Of a stretch of 64,000 nucleotides of DNA, positions 10,729-19,411 are shown in pieces. Both the position numbers and the translations under genes were made by a program. The DNA comes from an uncultured delta proteobacterium. GTDB taxonomy: Bacteria > Desulfobacterota > Syntrophia > Syntrophales > Smithellaceae. The notes under the pieces were generated by a model, which was not told the origin of the DNA, did not search any database, and worked only from the letters and a program-made list of their open reading frames with translations. Location: contig CAVWEH010000002.1 of the NCBI GenBank assembly GCA_963753975.1, positions 416,001 through 480,000 on the forward strand, given 5' to 3'. Numbering within the stretch: the first letter of the stretch is position 1; each line of letters begins with the position of its first letter.

Positions 10729-10759
10729 GTCATTGCCCGGCGTGACCGGGCAATCCAGT
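10729..10759. repeat. REP-like palindrome
   Basis: GTCATTGCCCGGCGTGACCGGGCAATCCAGT, arms ATTGCCCGG/CCGGGCAAT. Confidence 0.6.
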
Positions 10760-10778
10760 CTTAAACTCAAACCGTTCT

Positions 10779-11609
10779 CTACTTTTTTAATTTATCCAAA
10801 CCAAATGTGTTGCTCATCATTTTATCCAGCATATTCACAGGCAGCTTCTTGAGAAACGGCAGACGCGTGGATTGCTTGCCGATGCGAATGATTTTGGGAA
10901 TCTTCGTCTGGAAAAGTTTGTCAATCAACACTTTGGAAAATTCTTCCACCGGCGTCGGATCTTTCTGTGAGGAGACTGCCCGCGCTTTGATGTAACCGGC
11001 CAGCGGCGCGTAAACAGAGTCTTCACATTGCCCGATATTTTTTGCGGCAGCATCCCCGAAACTGGATTTGATCGCGCCGGGTTGCACAGTGACAACGGAA
11101 ATACCAAAAGGCGCAAGCTCCACCCGCAGAGAATCCGAAAGCAACGATACCGCGGCTTTCGTCGCGCAGTAGGCTCCGGCAAAAGGTGTGGCGCAAATAC
11201 CCGACACGCTGCTGATATTGACGATAAGACCCGAGCGCTGCTTGATCATCTGCGGAGCAACAGCCTTGGTTAAAGCGGCAAGCCCGATGACATTGGTTTC
11301 AAACTGACGCCTCAAGTCTTCCATGGAAAGATCAATCACCGGCCCGATGAGTGCATAACCGGCATTGTTCACCAGCACATCAATTTTCCTGGCTTTGGCA
11401 ATCACCTCTTCCACGCAGGCATTAATGGATTTTTGATCGGTCACATCTAACGCCGCAATTTCCATCCTTTCTTTTTTCAGATGGCGGATCGTCTCCGGTT
11501 TTCGTGCGGTGGCAAATACCTTGCACCCGCGGGAAGCAAACTCTCTGGACAGAGCCAGCCCGATGCCCGATGAACAACCAGAAATTAATACAACTGAATT
11601 TTTATCCAT
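10779..11609 (-). CDS. Short-chain dehydrogenase/reductase (17-beta-HSD-like)
   Basis: ISGCSSGIG, LVNNAG, YCATK catalytic motif. Confidence 0.93.
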   Translation of the reverse strand: MDKNSVVLISGCSSGIGLALSREFASRGCKVFATARKPETIRHLKKERMEIAALDVTDQKSINACVEEVIAKARKIDVLVNNAGYALIGPVIDLSMEDLRRQFETNVIGLAALTKAVAPQMIKQRSGLIVNISSVSGICATPFAGAYCATKAAVSLLSDSLRVELAPFGISVVTVQPGAIKSSFGDAAAKNIGQCEDSVYAPLAGYIKARAVSSQKDPTPVEEFSKVLIDKLFQTKIPKIIRIGKQSTRLPFLKKLPVNMLDKMMSNTFGLDKLKK

Positions 11610-11780
11610 GATTCTTCTCCTCATCTTGCCATTGCGAGCCCGCCGTAGGCGGATGTGGAAATCTTATTGATCTAACTGCCCCGGAATTACAAATATCTTC
11701 AAGACATTTTTTAAATACGGCTCCGATCCTACTTACCTTCGTCATTACCGTCCCGCATCTCATCAAACGCTACACCACCA

Positions 11781-11848
11781 ATGTAGTTATCAATCAACGT
11801 TGTGATTTCGACTTTATCTACTTCGTTTAGTTTTATTTTGGTAGGCAT
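11781..11848 (-). pseudogene. 5' stub of an MBL-fold hydrolase-like gene (copy 2)
   Basis: Reads MPTKIKLNEVDKVEITTLIDNYI, then diverges from copy 1 at the same codon. Confidence 0.6.
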
Positions 11849-12078
11849 GAGGTCCCTAATATTTCTTAAAACTAAGTATCTTTCTTTTCTTCTGATATTT
11901 CTGCCACATTGGTTTGATGAAATCAAGTTCCCACTGGCCTAAAACTCGCAGTTGATTATCGGAAGTCATGGTCAAAGGGCAGTTTTTATTTCTTCCAAAG
12001 CGCATATTAAAAAATTTGACCTAACTTCTTTAAAAGAAGCAATTTTTTGAAACAGATATTTTGTTCGATGTGAATAAA

Positions 12079-12106
12079 TTGACATCAGTCGATATAGGGC
12101 TAAATT
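12079..12106 (+). promoter_or_regulatory. Possible upstream sigma70 promoter
   Basis: TTGACA (12079-12084), 16-bp spacer, TAAATT (12101-12106). Confidence 0.35.
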
Positions 12107-12158
12107 TATCTAATAAATACAATATATTGTGTCTGTACAACAAAATTAAAAAAATAGT

Positions 12159-12186
12159 TTGACAAATATTTAGAAATCTATATAAT
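12159..12186 (+). promoter_or_regulatory. Consensus sigma70 promoter of the retron locus
   Basis: TTGACA (12159-12164), 16-bp spacer, TATAAT (12181-12186). Confidence 0.75.
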
Positions 12187-12194
12187 AAAGTCAA

Positions 12195-12665
12195 TCAAGC
12201 CGACGATTCGTTGGTAGCTCTTTGAAAATGAAACGGAGATATTTATGTCCGAAATTTGGCATCTCCTCGATTCCAGGTCAAGTGAGACCTTCCCTGTTTT
12301 ATAGGGGATAACAGACTGAGAAATCAGTCACCACATGAAAATGTGGTTTTTTAAAAGGCCATGGTGATGCGAGGTCCGTTGCCTATGATTCTGTATAACG
12401 CAGTCTGAACTGCGCAGAAAAGCATAGACAGCAGTCAATAAAGATTATTTTCTTGACGCCCCGTACAACCTGTCGCCACCGGTGGTTCACCCATGGATAA
12501 AATTGCGACGATTGAACAGCCGGCGGCCATAGCATGGCCGCAACCCGTGCGGGCAAAGGAATCAAAGAGCGTTCTGATTGATTTTCTTTGAAGTGAGGCG
12601 ATGCCATTTTATCAGGTGATAAGATCATTGCCTCCCTAATGCAGGGTAATCTAGAGAAAGGAGGC
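12195..12665 (+). ncRNA. Putative retron msr-msd / structured leader RNA
   Basis: No plausible + strand ORF; dense hairpins including two GAAA tetraloops; closing pairing of 12217-12225 and 12271-12274 with 12558-12570; upstream of a retron RT operon. Confidence 0.7.
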
Positions 12666-12675
12666 CATAAACCAA

Positions 12676-12957
12676 ATGATAAAGAAGGACATAAAAACAA
12701 TTCGGGCAGATATGGAGATTGTCCGAGAGAGCCAGAATATTTTATTCCGGCTAAAATTTTCAATCGCCGTTTCTACAAGATCTAGTTTGAAAGAATATCT
12801 TCGAAAAGCTAAAAGACAGTTAGTTATTAGTTTCGTGATGTGTATTCTAAAGATGTCAGCAAATTCGATTGTAAATGCAACATCAACAGTGTTTTCCAAA
12901 GCCATTTCCGTCCTTCTAGAAATATGGCTTAGGATTAAACACGAACCGATCTTATAA
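12676..12957 (+). CDS. Small basic/hydrophobic protein (93 aa), putative retron effector
   Basis: AAAGGAGG SD at 12657-12664; lies between the structured RNA and the HTH gene; hydrophobic C-terminal half. Confidence 0.6.
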   Translation: MIKKDIKTIRADMEIVRESQNILFRLKFSIAVSTRSSLKEYLRKAKRQLVISFVMCILKMSANSIVNATSTVFSKAISVLLEIWLRIKHEPIL

Positions 12958-13002
12958 AAACCTGCACGGTTTTTTAAAACAATCCTCAATGAGGTGATAT
13001 TT

Positions 13003-13332
13003 ATGAAAGTAGGAGAGATAATTAAATTGATCAGGACCAAACGGGGGATATCCCAAAAGGAAATGGCAGACCAGTTTGGAATATCGCAAAATTACTTATC
13101 GCTTATAGAAACTCATAAAAAGAGACCAAGTATAGAAACAATCGACACTTTTGCAAAGAAATTTGGCATATCAAAAGAAGCCCTTTTGTTCGTTACGTCT
13201 GAAATACCTTCAGAGCTGGACGAAAATGCTAAACAGGATTTTAAAAAATTACAAGATAATATCCTTTATCTAATACTATTCGATGCCAACCGAGGTATTA
13301 ATTGTCTGCCGCGCGCCCAAAACGCCATCTAG
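13003..13332 (+). CDS. XRE-family helix-turn-helix protein
   Basis: IKLIRTKRGISQKEMADQFGISQNYLSLIETHKKRPS is a classic HTH_3 pattern; GAGGTG SD before ATG 13003. Confidence 0.92.
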   Translation: MKVGEIIKLIRTKRGISQKEMADQFGISQNYLSLIETHKKRPSIETIDTFAKKFGISKEALLFVTSEIPSELDENAKQDFKKLQDNILYLILFDANRGINCLPRAQNAI

Positions 13333-14180
13333 AGATTAGAAAACTCGATCATCTTTCTCTTCGTCTAGGTATTGCCCTGGACGAGCTCATCGCGGTAGCT
13401 AGTTCAATAAACCAATATTATATAGTTCGAAAGCTCCGGAAAAAAAACGGCGGCTTTAGGACAATAAGTGCGCCGCAGCCTCGTTTGAAAAGAATTCAAC
13501 TTAAAATACACAAGCTGCTAAAGGAGATTATTATAGACGATGCAGCTCACTGCGGAATTAAGGGTCGTTCAAACCTAAGTAATGCAAAGCAACACACTAA
13601 TAAACCAATGTTGCTGAACCTTGATTTAAGTAGTTTTTTCCCAAGTATTTCGCATCATCTAGTTTATAACATGTTTGTGCATTCCTTGAAATGCTCTCCA
13701 GCGGTATCTCGTATACTTACTCGTCTGTCTACTTACAATGGTGAAGTGCCTCAAGGTGGGCCAATGAGTACTGACATTGCAAATTTGATTTGCTGGAAAA
13801 TAGATAAGAGGTTATCAGGGCTGGCACGCAAGAACAATATCACATATACACGTTATTGTGACGACCTCTCTTTTTCAGGACAAACAATTTCTGAGCCATT
13901 TATTACCAAAGTGAAGGGAATAATTTCAGAAAGCGGTTTCAAATTGAACGCGGAAAAAGAATCTTTTCACAAAAGAACTAACTCCACAAGGATTGTTACG
14001 GGACTGTCTGTTAACGGCCCTCGTCCCAAAATTCCTAAATCAGCTTTAAAGAAACTACGCGCCGAAATACATATATTTGACAAATATGAATCTCATAGTT
14101 TAACAGAACAGTTATTGGAAAAAAGACAGAAGCAGATACGAGGAAAAATATCTTACAGAAATTATATAGAAAAGAATTGA
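13302..14180 (+). CDS. Retron-type reverse transcriptase (292 aa)
   Basis: KKNGGFRTISAP, region X NAKQH (NAxxH), LDLSSFFPSI, VPQGGPMS, YTRYCDDLSFS, region Y IVTGLSVN; TTG start with GAGGT SD. Confidence 0.93.
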   Translation: MSAARPKRHLEIRKLDHLSLRLGIALDELIAVASSINQYYIVRKLRKKNGGFRTISAPQPRLKRIQLKIHKLLKEIIIDDAAHCGIKGRSNLSNAKQHTNKPMLLNLDLSSFFPSISHHLVYNMFVHSLKCSPAVSRILTRLSTYNGEVPQGGPMSTDIANLICWKIDKRLSGLARKNNITYTRYCDDLSFSGQTISEPFITKVKGIISESGFKLNAEKESFHKRTNSTRIVTGLSVNGPRPKIPKSALKKLRAEIHIFDKYESHSLTEQLLEKRQKQIRGKISYRNYIEKN

Positions 14181-14431
14181 CGAATCTAATTCGGGGTATG
14201 CATCTATATTGCGTTTCCATCTTCATTCACTAAAAAGCGTTACAATATTAACTCAATCTTTTCATCTACTTATACTCGCAATTTTCTTTATTTCAATTCT
14301 TTTTTTGCACTAATAAATTACAAAGGTATTATCAATTCGTCCCAAATATCGCTTCTCTTTCCTTCTTGACCCTTCCAAAATCCTTTGCCAGCCTGCAAGG
14401 CAGGAACTAACAAAAAAAGGAGGAATTTTTT

Positions 14432-14563
14432 ATGAAGCTTAACCTCCGTACAACTTTCTTAGTTCTCACACCCATCACGTCAATACTTTCCGGTTGCAGT
14501 TACATCAAAATTATTATTAATAACGAAAGCAATCGAGCCGATTGCGCAATATACCAACCGTAG
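14432..14563 (+). CDS. Small putative lipoprotein or truncated lipoprotein gene (43 aa)
   Basis: AAGGAGG SD; MKLNLRTTFLVLTPITSILSGC lipobox; below the ORF-track size cut-off. Confidence 0.4.
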   Translation: MKLNLRTTFLVLTPITSILSGCSYIKIIINNESNRADCAIYQP

Positions 14564-14638
14564 AGAGCTTATAGAAAAACTTACGGAAGAAAACTGATTT
14601 CTAAACTCTTATAACCAATGATCCACAGGAGGTGTAGC

Positions 14639-16129
14639 ATGTCAGGATTCAGCGAATATGATAAATACGACGGCCTGGGTCTGGCCCAACTGGTACAAAA
14701 AAAAGAAGTCTCTCCCTTGGAGTTGTGTGAGGAAGCGATCATACGTATGGACAGAATCAATCCCAAAATCAACGCGGTCATTTACCGCATGGATAGTTTG
14801 GCGCGCGCCGCCGCCAAAGGCTCAATTCCTAGCGGCCCGTTTTCAGGCGTGCCTTTTTTGTGCAAGGATCTGGTCTCGGCCATAGCGGGCGTTCCCATGA
14901 ACAAAGGCAGCAAATCCTGTCGCAACTATGTGCCGACGCAGGATAGTGAAATGGCCAGACGCTACAAAGCCGCGGGACTGATTGTGCTGGGAAAAACCAA
15001 CACACCGGAATTTGGCTTGATGGGCATTACCGAACCCGAACTGCACGGCCCGACGCGCAATCCGTGGAATATCGATCACACTCCCGGCGGCTCCAGTGGC
15101 GGCTCGGCGGCGGCGGTTGCGGCAGGTTTCGTACCGATGGCCTCCGGCGGCGATGGCGGCGGATCGATCCGCATTCCATCGTCTTGCTGCGCACTGTTCG
15201 GTCTGAAAGTGACACGCGGGCGAAATCCGCTCGGCCCGGAAGCAGGAGAAATCTGGCAGGGTGCGGAAGTGGAAGGTGCACTCACCCGCTCGGTACGCGA
15301 CTGCGCCGCATTGCTCGACGCGACTAACGGCGCGGACCCCGGCGCACCCTATATCCTGCCCAAACCGGCAAGACCTTATCTGACGGACGTGGGGCAAGAC
15401 CCGCGCCCGCTGAAGATTGCCTTCACGGTCGAATCACCATTCAAAATCAAAATTCATCCGGAGTGCGTTGAGGCCGTCCAGAACGCCGCAAAACTTCTTT
15501 CGAGTCTTGGGCATATTGTCGAGGAAGCCCAACCCGGCATTGATGGCGTGGCTTTGGGCAAAAGTTATATGATGATGTATTTCGGCGAAGTCGCGGCGGA
15601 TATTGAAGAACTTAAAAGTGTTGTCGGCAGACCGCTTAATCATCACGACACGGAAGAAGCCACCTGGGCTTTAAACCTTCTGGGTAAAACTTTTTCAGCG
15701 GGCGATTTTGTCCTCGCTATGCGCCAGTGGAACGTGTTTTCCCGCCGGATGGCGAAATTCCATGAAACCTATGATCTGTATCTCACGCCGACAATTGCCA
15801 CCCTGCCGCCGCGGATTGGCGAACTGCAACAGACACCGGTTGAACAGCTCTTTTTAAAAATCATCAACTCCATGAATATGGGCAAGCTGCTCAAGGCGAC
15901 AGGCATTACCGACATTATGGCCACCAAAGGTCTTTCCAAAATGCCTTTCACCCAATTGGCCAATCTGACTGGTCAACCGGCCATGTCGGTGCCGCTTCAC
16001 TGGAGCAAGGACGGACTGCCCTGCGGCGTGCAGTTTATTGGACGATTCGGTGAAGAATCCCTTTTATTCCAGTTGGCGGGGCAACTCGAACGGGCGCAGC
16101 CCTGGTTTCATAAAAGACCGAATCTTTAG
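14639..16129 (+). CDS. Amidase (amidase signature family)
   Basis: [41 protein letters not shown] before ATG 14639. Confidence 0.95.
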   Translation: MSGFSEYDKYDGLGLAQLVQKKEVSPLELCEEAIIRMDRINPKINAVIYRMDSLARAAAKGSIPSGPFSGVPFLCKDLVSAIAGVPMNKGSKSCRNYVPTQDSEMARRYKAAGLIVLGKTNTPEFGLMGITEPELHGPTRNPWNIDHTPGGSSGGSAAAVAAGFVPMASGGDGGGSIRIPSSCCALFGLKVTRGRNPLGPEAGEIWQGAEVEGALTRSVRDCAALLDATNGADPGAPYILPKPARPYLTDVGQDPRPLKIAFTVESPFKIKIHPECVEAVQNAAKLLSSLGHIVEEAQPGIDGVALGKSYMMMYFGEVAADIEELKSVVGRPLNHHDTEEATWALNLLGKTFSAGDFVLAMRQWNVFSRRMAKFHETYDLYLTPTIATLPPRIGELQQTPVEQLFLKIINSMNMGKLLKATGITDIMATKGLSKMPFTQLANLTGQPAMSVPLHWSKDGLPCGVQFIGRFGEESLLFQLAGQLERAQPWFHKRPNL

Positions 16130-16512
16130 AATGCTGTTGTAAAAAATTTGAGGAAATTACCGTGGCAGTAATCACGATCAGTAGTCTGTGTCCGTAATAT
16201 GTGTTTGGGCCGACATTTGAATATATAACAGTTGTAAACTCAGGTATTGGCTTCTTCCTGTTAGCGTGATTTTCGCCATTGCTTAAAATTCTGAAGGTTA
16301 CAAATAGTAATTATTGGATTGTGGCTGCTTTAACGGACGTGTTCCCGTGTAAAAATGTCATATTTTTAACGTTGCTCAGGGTAGTTATACAGGATGACAT
16401 GATTCAATTAAAGTTTACCAAATATCTTTTTAAGACATTTTGTGATATAAATTCTTTGGCTTTCCTATACTGCCATGTGCAAAATCTTTGTATTCCTTTG
16501 GAAGGATGAAGA

Positions 16513-18951
16513 ATGAAAATGCACCGTGGCTTCATTAATTCTCGTCTTATGGGCTATGTCGTCTCGATTTGTATCACCGGGGCGGCGCTTCTGTTACACT
16601 TGGCGTTAGTGAAACTTGTTGGCGGTAATTTGCCGACATACATTTTCTTCTACCCAGCCGTGATAATCTCAGCACTTCTTGCCGGCTTTCGAGCCGGACT
16701 TCTGGCAACTGTAATGGCTGCAATTCTTGCGGATTACTGGCTTATTTCTCAGAAAGGAGGGTTTGCTATTTCGTCCCTTCCCGATGCAATAGGTCTGGCC
16801 ATTTTTTTGTTCACTGGCGTGCTTATAAGTGAAATAATCGAGCTTTACGGCCGTGCCCGGACAAAGGCAGCAAATTATGCGGCAGAGTTGGCACTCCGAG
16901 AGAGCGAAGAGAAATATCGAAATCTCATTGAAAATGCCAATGAGGCCATTATGGTGGCTCAGGATGGAAAACTGGTATTTTTCAATCCGATGACTGTCAA
17001 CCTGCTCGGCTATTCCAGTGAGGAGCTCGCGTCAAGGCCATTTGTTGATTTCATTCACCGGGATGACCGGGAAAAGGTTTATCATACATATCTTCAGCGA
17101 ATTGAAGGTAAGGAAGTTCCTTTCAGACATTCTTATCGGGCTATCCGTAAAGACGGCAACATCCTGTGGGTAGAGCGGAATGCTGTCTTGATAAAATGGA
17201 AAGGTAAACCTGCTACCTTGAATTTCTTGAGCGACATCACTGAGCGCAAGCAGGCCGAGGAGGCGTTAACCAATAGTGAAGCCCAGCTCCGCAAGGAACA
17301 GAAATTCAGCCAGCTCCTTCTTGACACTTCCCCTGCACTGATCGTGGCGATTGGTTTTGACGGAAAGACTCTGATGATGAACAAGGCGCTATTAGACATC
17401 CTTGAATATACGGAAGAAGAGATTAAAGGGTCCGACTACCTTACAACGTTTGTGCCGAAAGAAGACCAGGGAATGCTCTCCGATATATTCCGGAAGATCA
17501 TTCAGGACGGAATTGCGACAGTCAACGAAAACCGGATCATAAGCAAATGCGGCGGCACATATCTTATTGAATGGCATGGCCGGACGGTAAGCGATGAAGT
17601 TGAAGGTTTTGGCTTTTTCGTAGGAGTAGGGATCGACATTACCGCGCGCAAGAAAATGGAAGAAACGCTACGCCAAAGCGAGGAGAGATACAGAACCATC
17701 CTTGAAGATATTGAAGAAGGATATTTTGAGATAGACCTCGCCGGTAACGCAACCTATTTTAATGATTCCATATGCCGTATATTTGGTTACCCCCGTGAGG
17801 AATTGCTGCATATGAATTACAAACAGTATACAGATAAAGAGAACGGAGAAAAATGCTTTCAAATTTATAATAAGGTCTACAAAACGGGAAAATCTGACAA
17901 GGTATATGATTATGAGATTATAAGAAAAGATGGGACTGCTAGATACATGGAGACATTATTATCATTACAAAAAGATTCATCGGATAACCCGGTCGGATTT
18001 CGGGGTATTTCTCGCGACATTACCGAACGCAAGCGGGCTGACGATGCTTTAAAGAGAAACAGGGAAGAACTAATCAGGAAGAATCAGGAACTCGAGGAAA
18101 GCAGAAAGAATGTACAGCTTACGTTGGAAAGACTGGGAGTGGCCTATGAAGAACTGAAAACCACCCAGGCGAAGATTCTGCAGCAGGAAAAGATGGCTTC
18201 CATCGGACAACTGGCCGCTGGAGTTGCCCATGAAATAAATAATCCTATGGCTTTTATAGCCAGCAACCTGGGAACACTCGATAAATACATCCGCAGGTTG
18301 AAAGATTTTATCCAGGCACAGTCGGAAACAATTAAATCTCTTAAGGCCATTGAAGCTATCGAGAAACTTGATAAAAAGCGCAAAGAATTGAAACTGGACT
18401 ATACTATTGACGATATAGACCTCCTAGTTAAGGAATCCCGTGACGGTTCGGAAAGAGTGCAAAAGATTGTTCAGGAACTTAATCGCTTCTCCAGAATGGA
18501 TAATGCAGAATATAAAGAAGCTAACATCAATGAATGTATGGAAAGCAGCATTAATATTGTTTGGAATGAATTAAAACAAAAAGCCACTCTCCATAAAGAT
18601 TACGGCAATTTACCCCAGACTAAATGTTATCCCCTAAAACTGAATCAGGTTTTTATAAATCTTTTGATTAATGCCATACAAGCTATTGAGAAAAAGGGGA
18701 AAATAAAAATCAAAACATGGGAAAAAGGCGGCTCGATTTGGGTTACGGTATCCGATACGGGTTGTGGCATTACACGGGAGAATCAAAGCAAGATATTTGA
18801 GCCTTTTTTCACGACCAAGGAAGTGGGTAAGGGAACGGGTCTGGGGCTAAGCATTTCCTATGAAATTATGCAGAGACATAAAGGAGAAATTTCATTTGAG
18901 AGTAAAGAAGGAAAGGGAACGACATTTACCATCAGGATACCCCTTGCATAG
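16513..18951 (+). CDS. Membrane-anchored multi-PAS sensor histidine kinase
   Basis: N-terminal 4-TM (DUF4118-like), three PAS/PAC modules, AHEINNP H-box, EPFFTTK and GTGLGL. Confidence 0.93.
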   Translation: MKMHRGFINSRLMGYVVSICITGAALLLHLALVKLVGGNLPTYIFFYPAVIISALLAGFRAGLLATVMAAILADYWLISQKGGFAISSLPDAIGLAIFLFTGVLISEIIELYGRARTKAANYAAELALRESEEKYRNLIENANEAIMVAQDGKLVFFNPMTVNLLGYSSEELASRPFVDFIHRDDREKVYHTYLQRIEGKEVPFRHSYRAIRKDGNILWVERNAVLIKWKGKPATLNFLSDITERKQAEEALTNSEAQLRKEQKFSQLLLDTSPALIVAIGFDGKTLMMNKALLDILEYTEEEIKGSDYLTTFVPKEDQGMLSDIFRKIIQDGIATVNENRIISKCGGTYLIEWHGRTVSDEVEGFGFFVGVGIDITARKKMEETLRQSEERYRTILEDIEEGYFEIDLAGNATYFNDSICRIFGYPREELLHMNYKQYTDKENGEKCFQIYNKVYKTGKSDKVYDYEIIRKDGTARYMETLLSLQKDSSDNPVGFRGISRDITERKRADDALKRNREELIRKNQELEESRKNVQLTLERLGVAYEELKTTQAKILQQEKMASIGQLAAGVAHEINNPMAFIASNLGTLDKYIRRLKDFIQAQSETIKSLKAIEAIEKLDKKRKELKLDYTIDDIDLLVKESRDGSERVQKIVQELNRFSRMDNAEYKEANINECMESSINIVWNELKQKATLHKDYGNLPQTKCYPLKLNQVFINLLINAIQAIEKKGKIKIKTWEKGGSIWVTVSDTGCGITRENQSKIFEPFFTTKEVGKGTGLGLSISYEIMQRHKGEISFESKEGKGTTFTIRIPLA

Positions 18952-19051
18952 TGAAAACCGTCAAGAGAATTCAAATAAATATAACTCTTTCAATCGTTAA
19001 TCTTCACTTTTTTGAGCCCGCAGATTCTATTGAGTAGTAGGTGAAAGCGAT

Positions 19052-19259
19052 AACCGAACAGTACTTGATTGGACAATATCTGCGAAATCAAATATAGATC
19101 ACCGGATGTGGACAAAAAGATTTTTTTGATCAACCCCCGGATTCACGACTTCGCGGCCTACGATTTCTGGCTGAAACCTCTGGGGCTTCTGTATTTGAGC
19201 GGTCTTTTGCGTCAAAACGGCCATCAGGTTCACTTTATCGATATAGATTGCCTTGACCC
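19052..19259 (+). pseudogene. Duplicated upstream region and 5' stub of the B12-binding radical SAM gene
   Basis: Close copy of 25329-25530 (INPRIHDFAAYDFWLKPLGLLYL), truncated after CLDP. Confidence 0.8.
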
Positions 19260-19411
19260 ATGTCGGATGTTAATGTATAAAATGTATAAGAGGTGTAAAC
19301 TAAGGTATTGACTTCTTCCTGAAATCCTAGATTGACAAATTCTAGCATATTTGCAAGATTTCAATTCGTTATCGCAACAACTGTTATCAACAAATAGAGA
19401 GGAGAGTTTAT

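Noticed and set aside
12383..13040. Minus-strand ORFs 12383-12763 and 12651-13040
   Set aside because: Antisense to the structured RNA and small ORF, no recognisable motifs; promoter and SD signals all point to the + strand
13302..14180. RT as a group II intron, DGR or CRISPR-associated RT
   Set aside because: Too short, no maturase/endonuclease or Cas1 domain, no TR/VR pair seen; has retron NAxxH and VTG motifs
16279..16509. 76-aa ORF upstream of the PAS kinase
   Set aside because: TTG start without a clear SD in an AT-rich promoter-like region; no motifs
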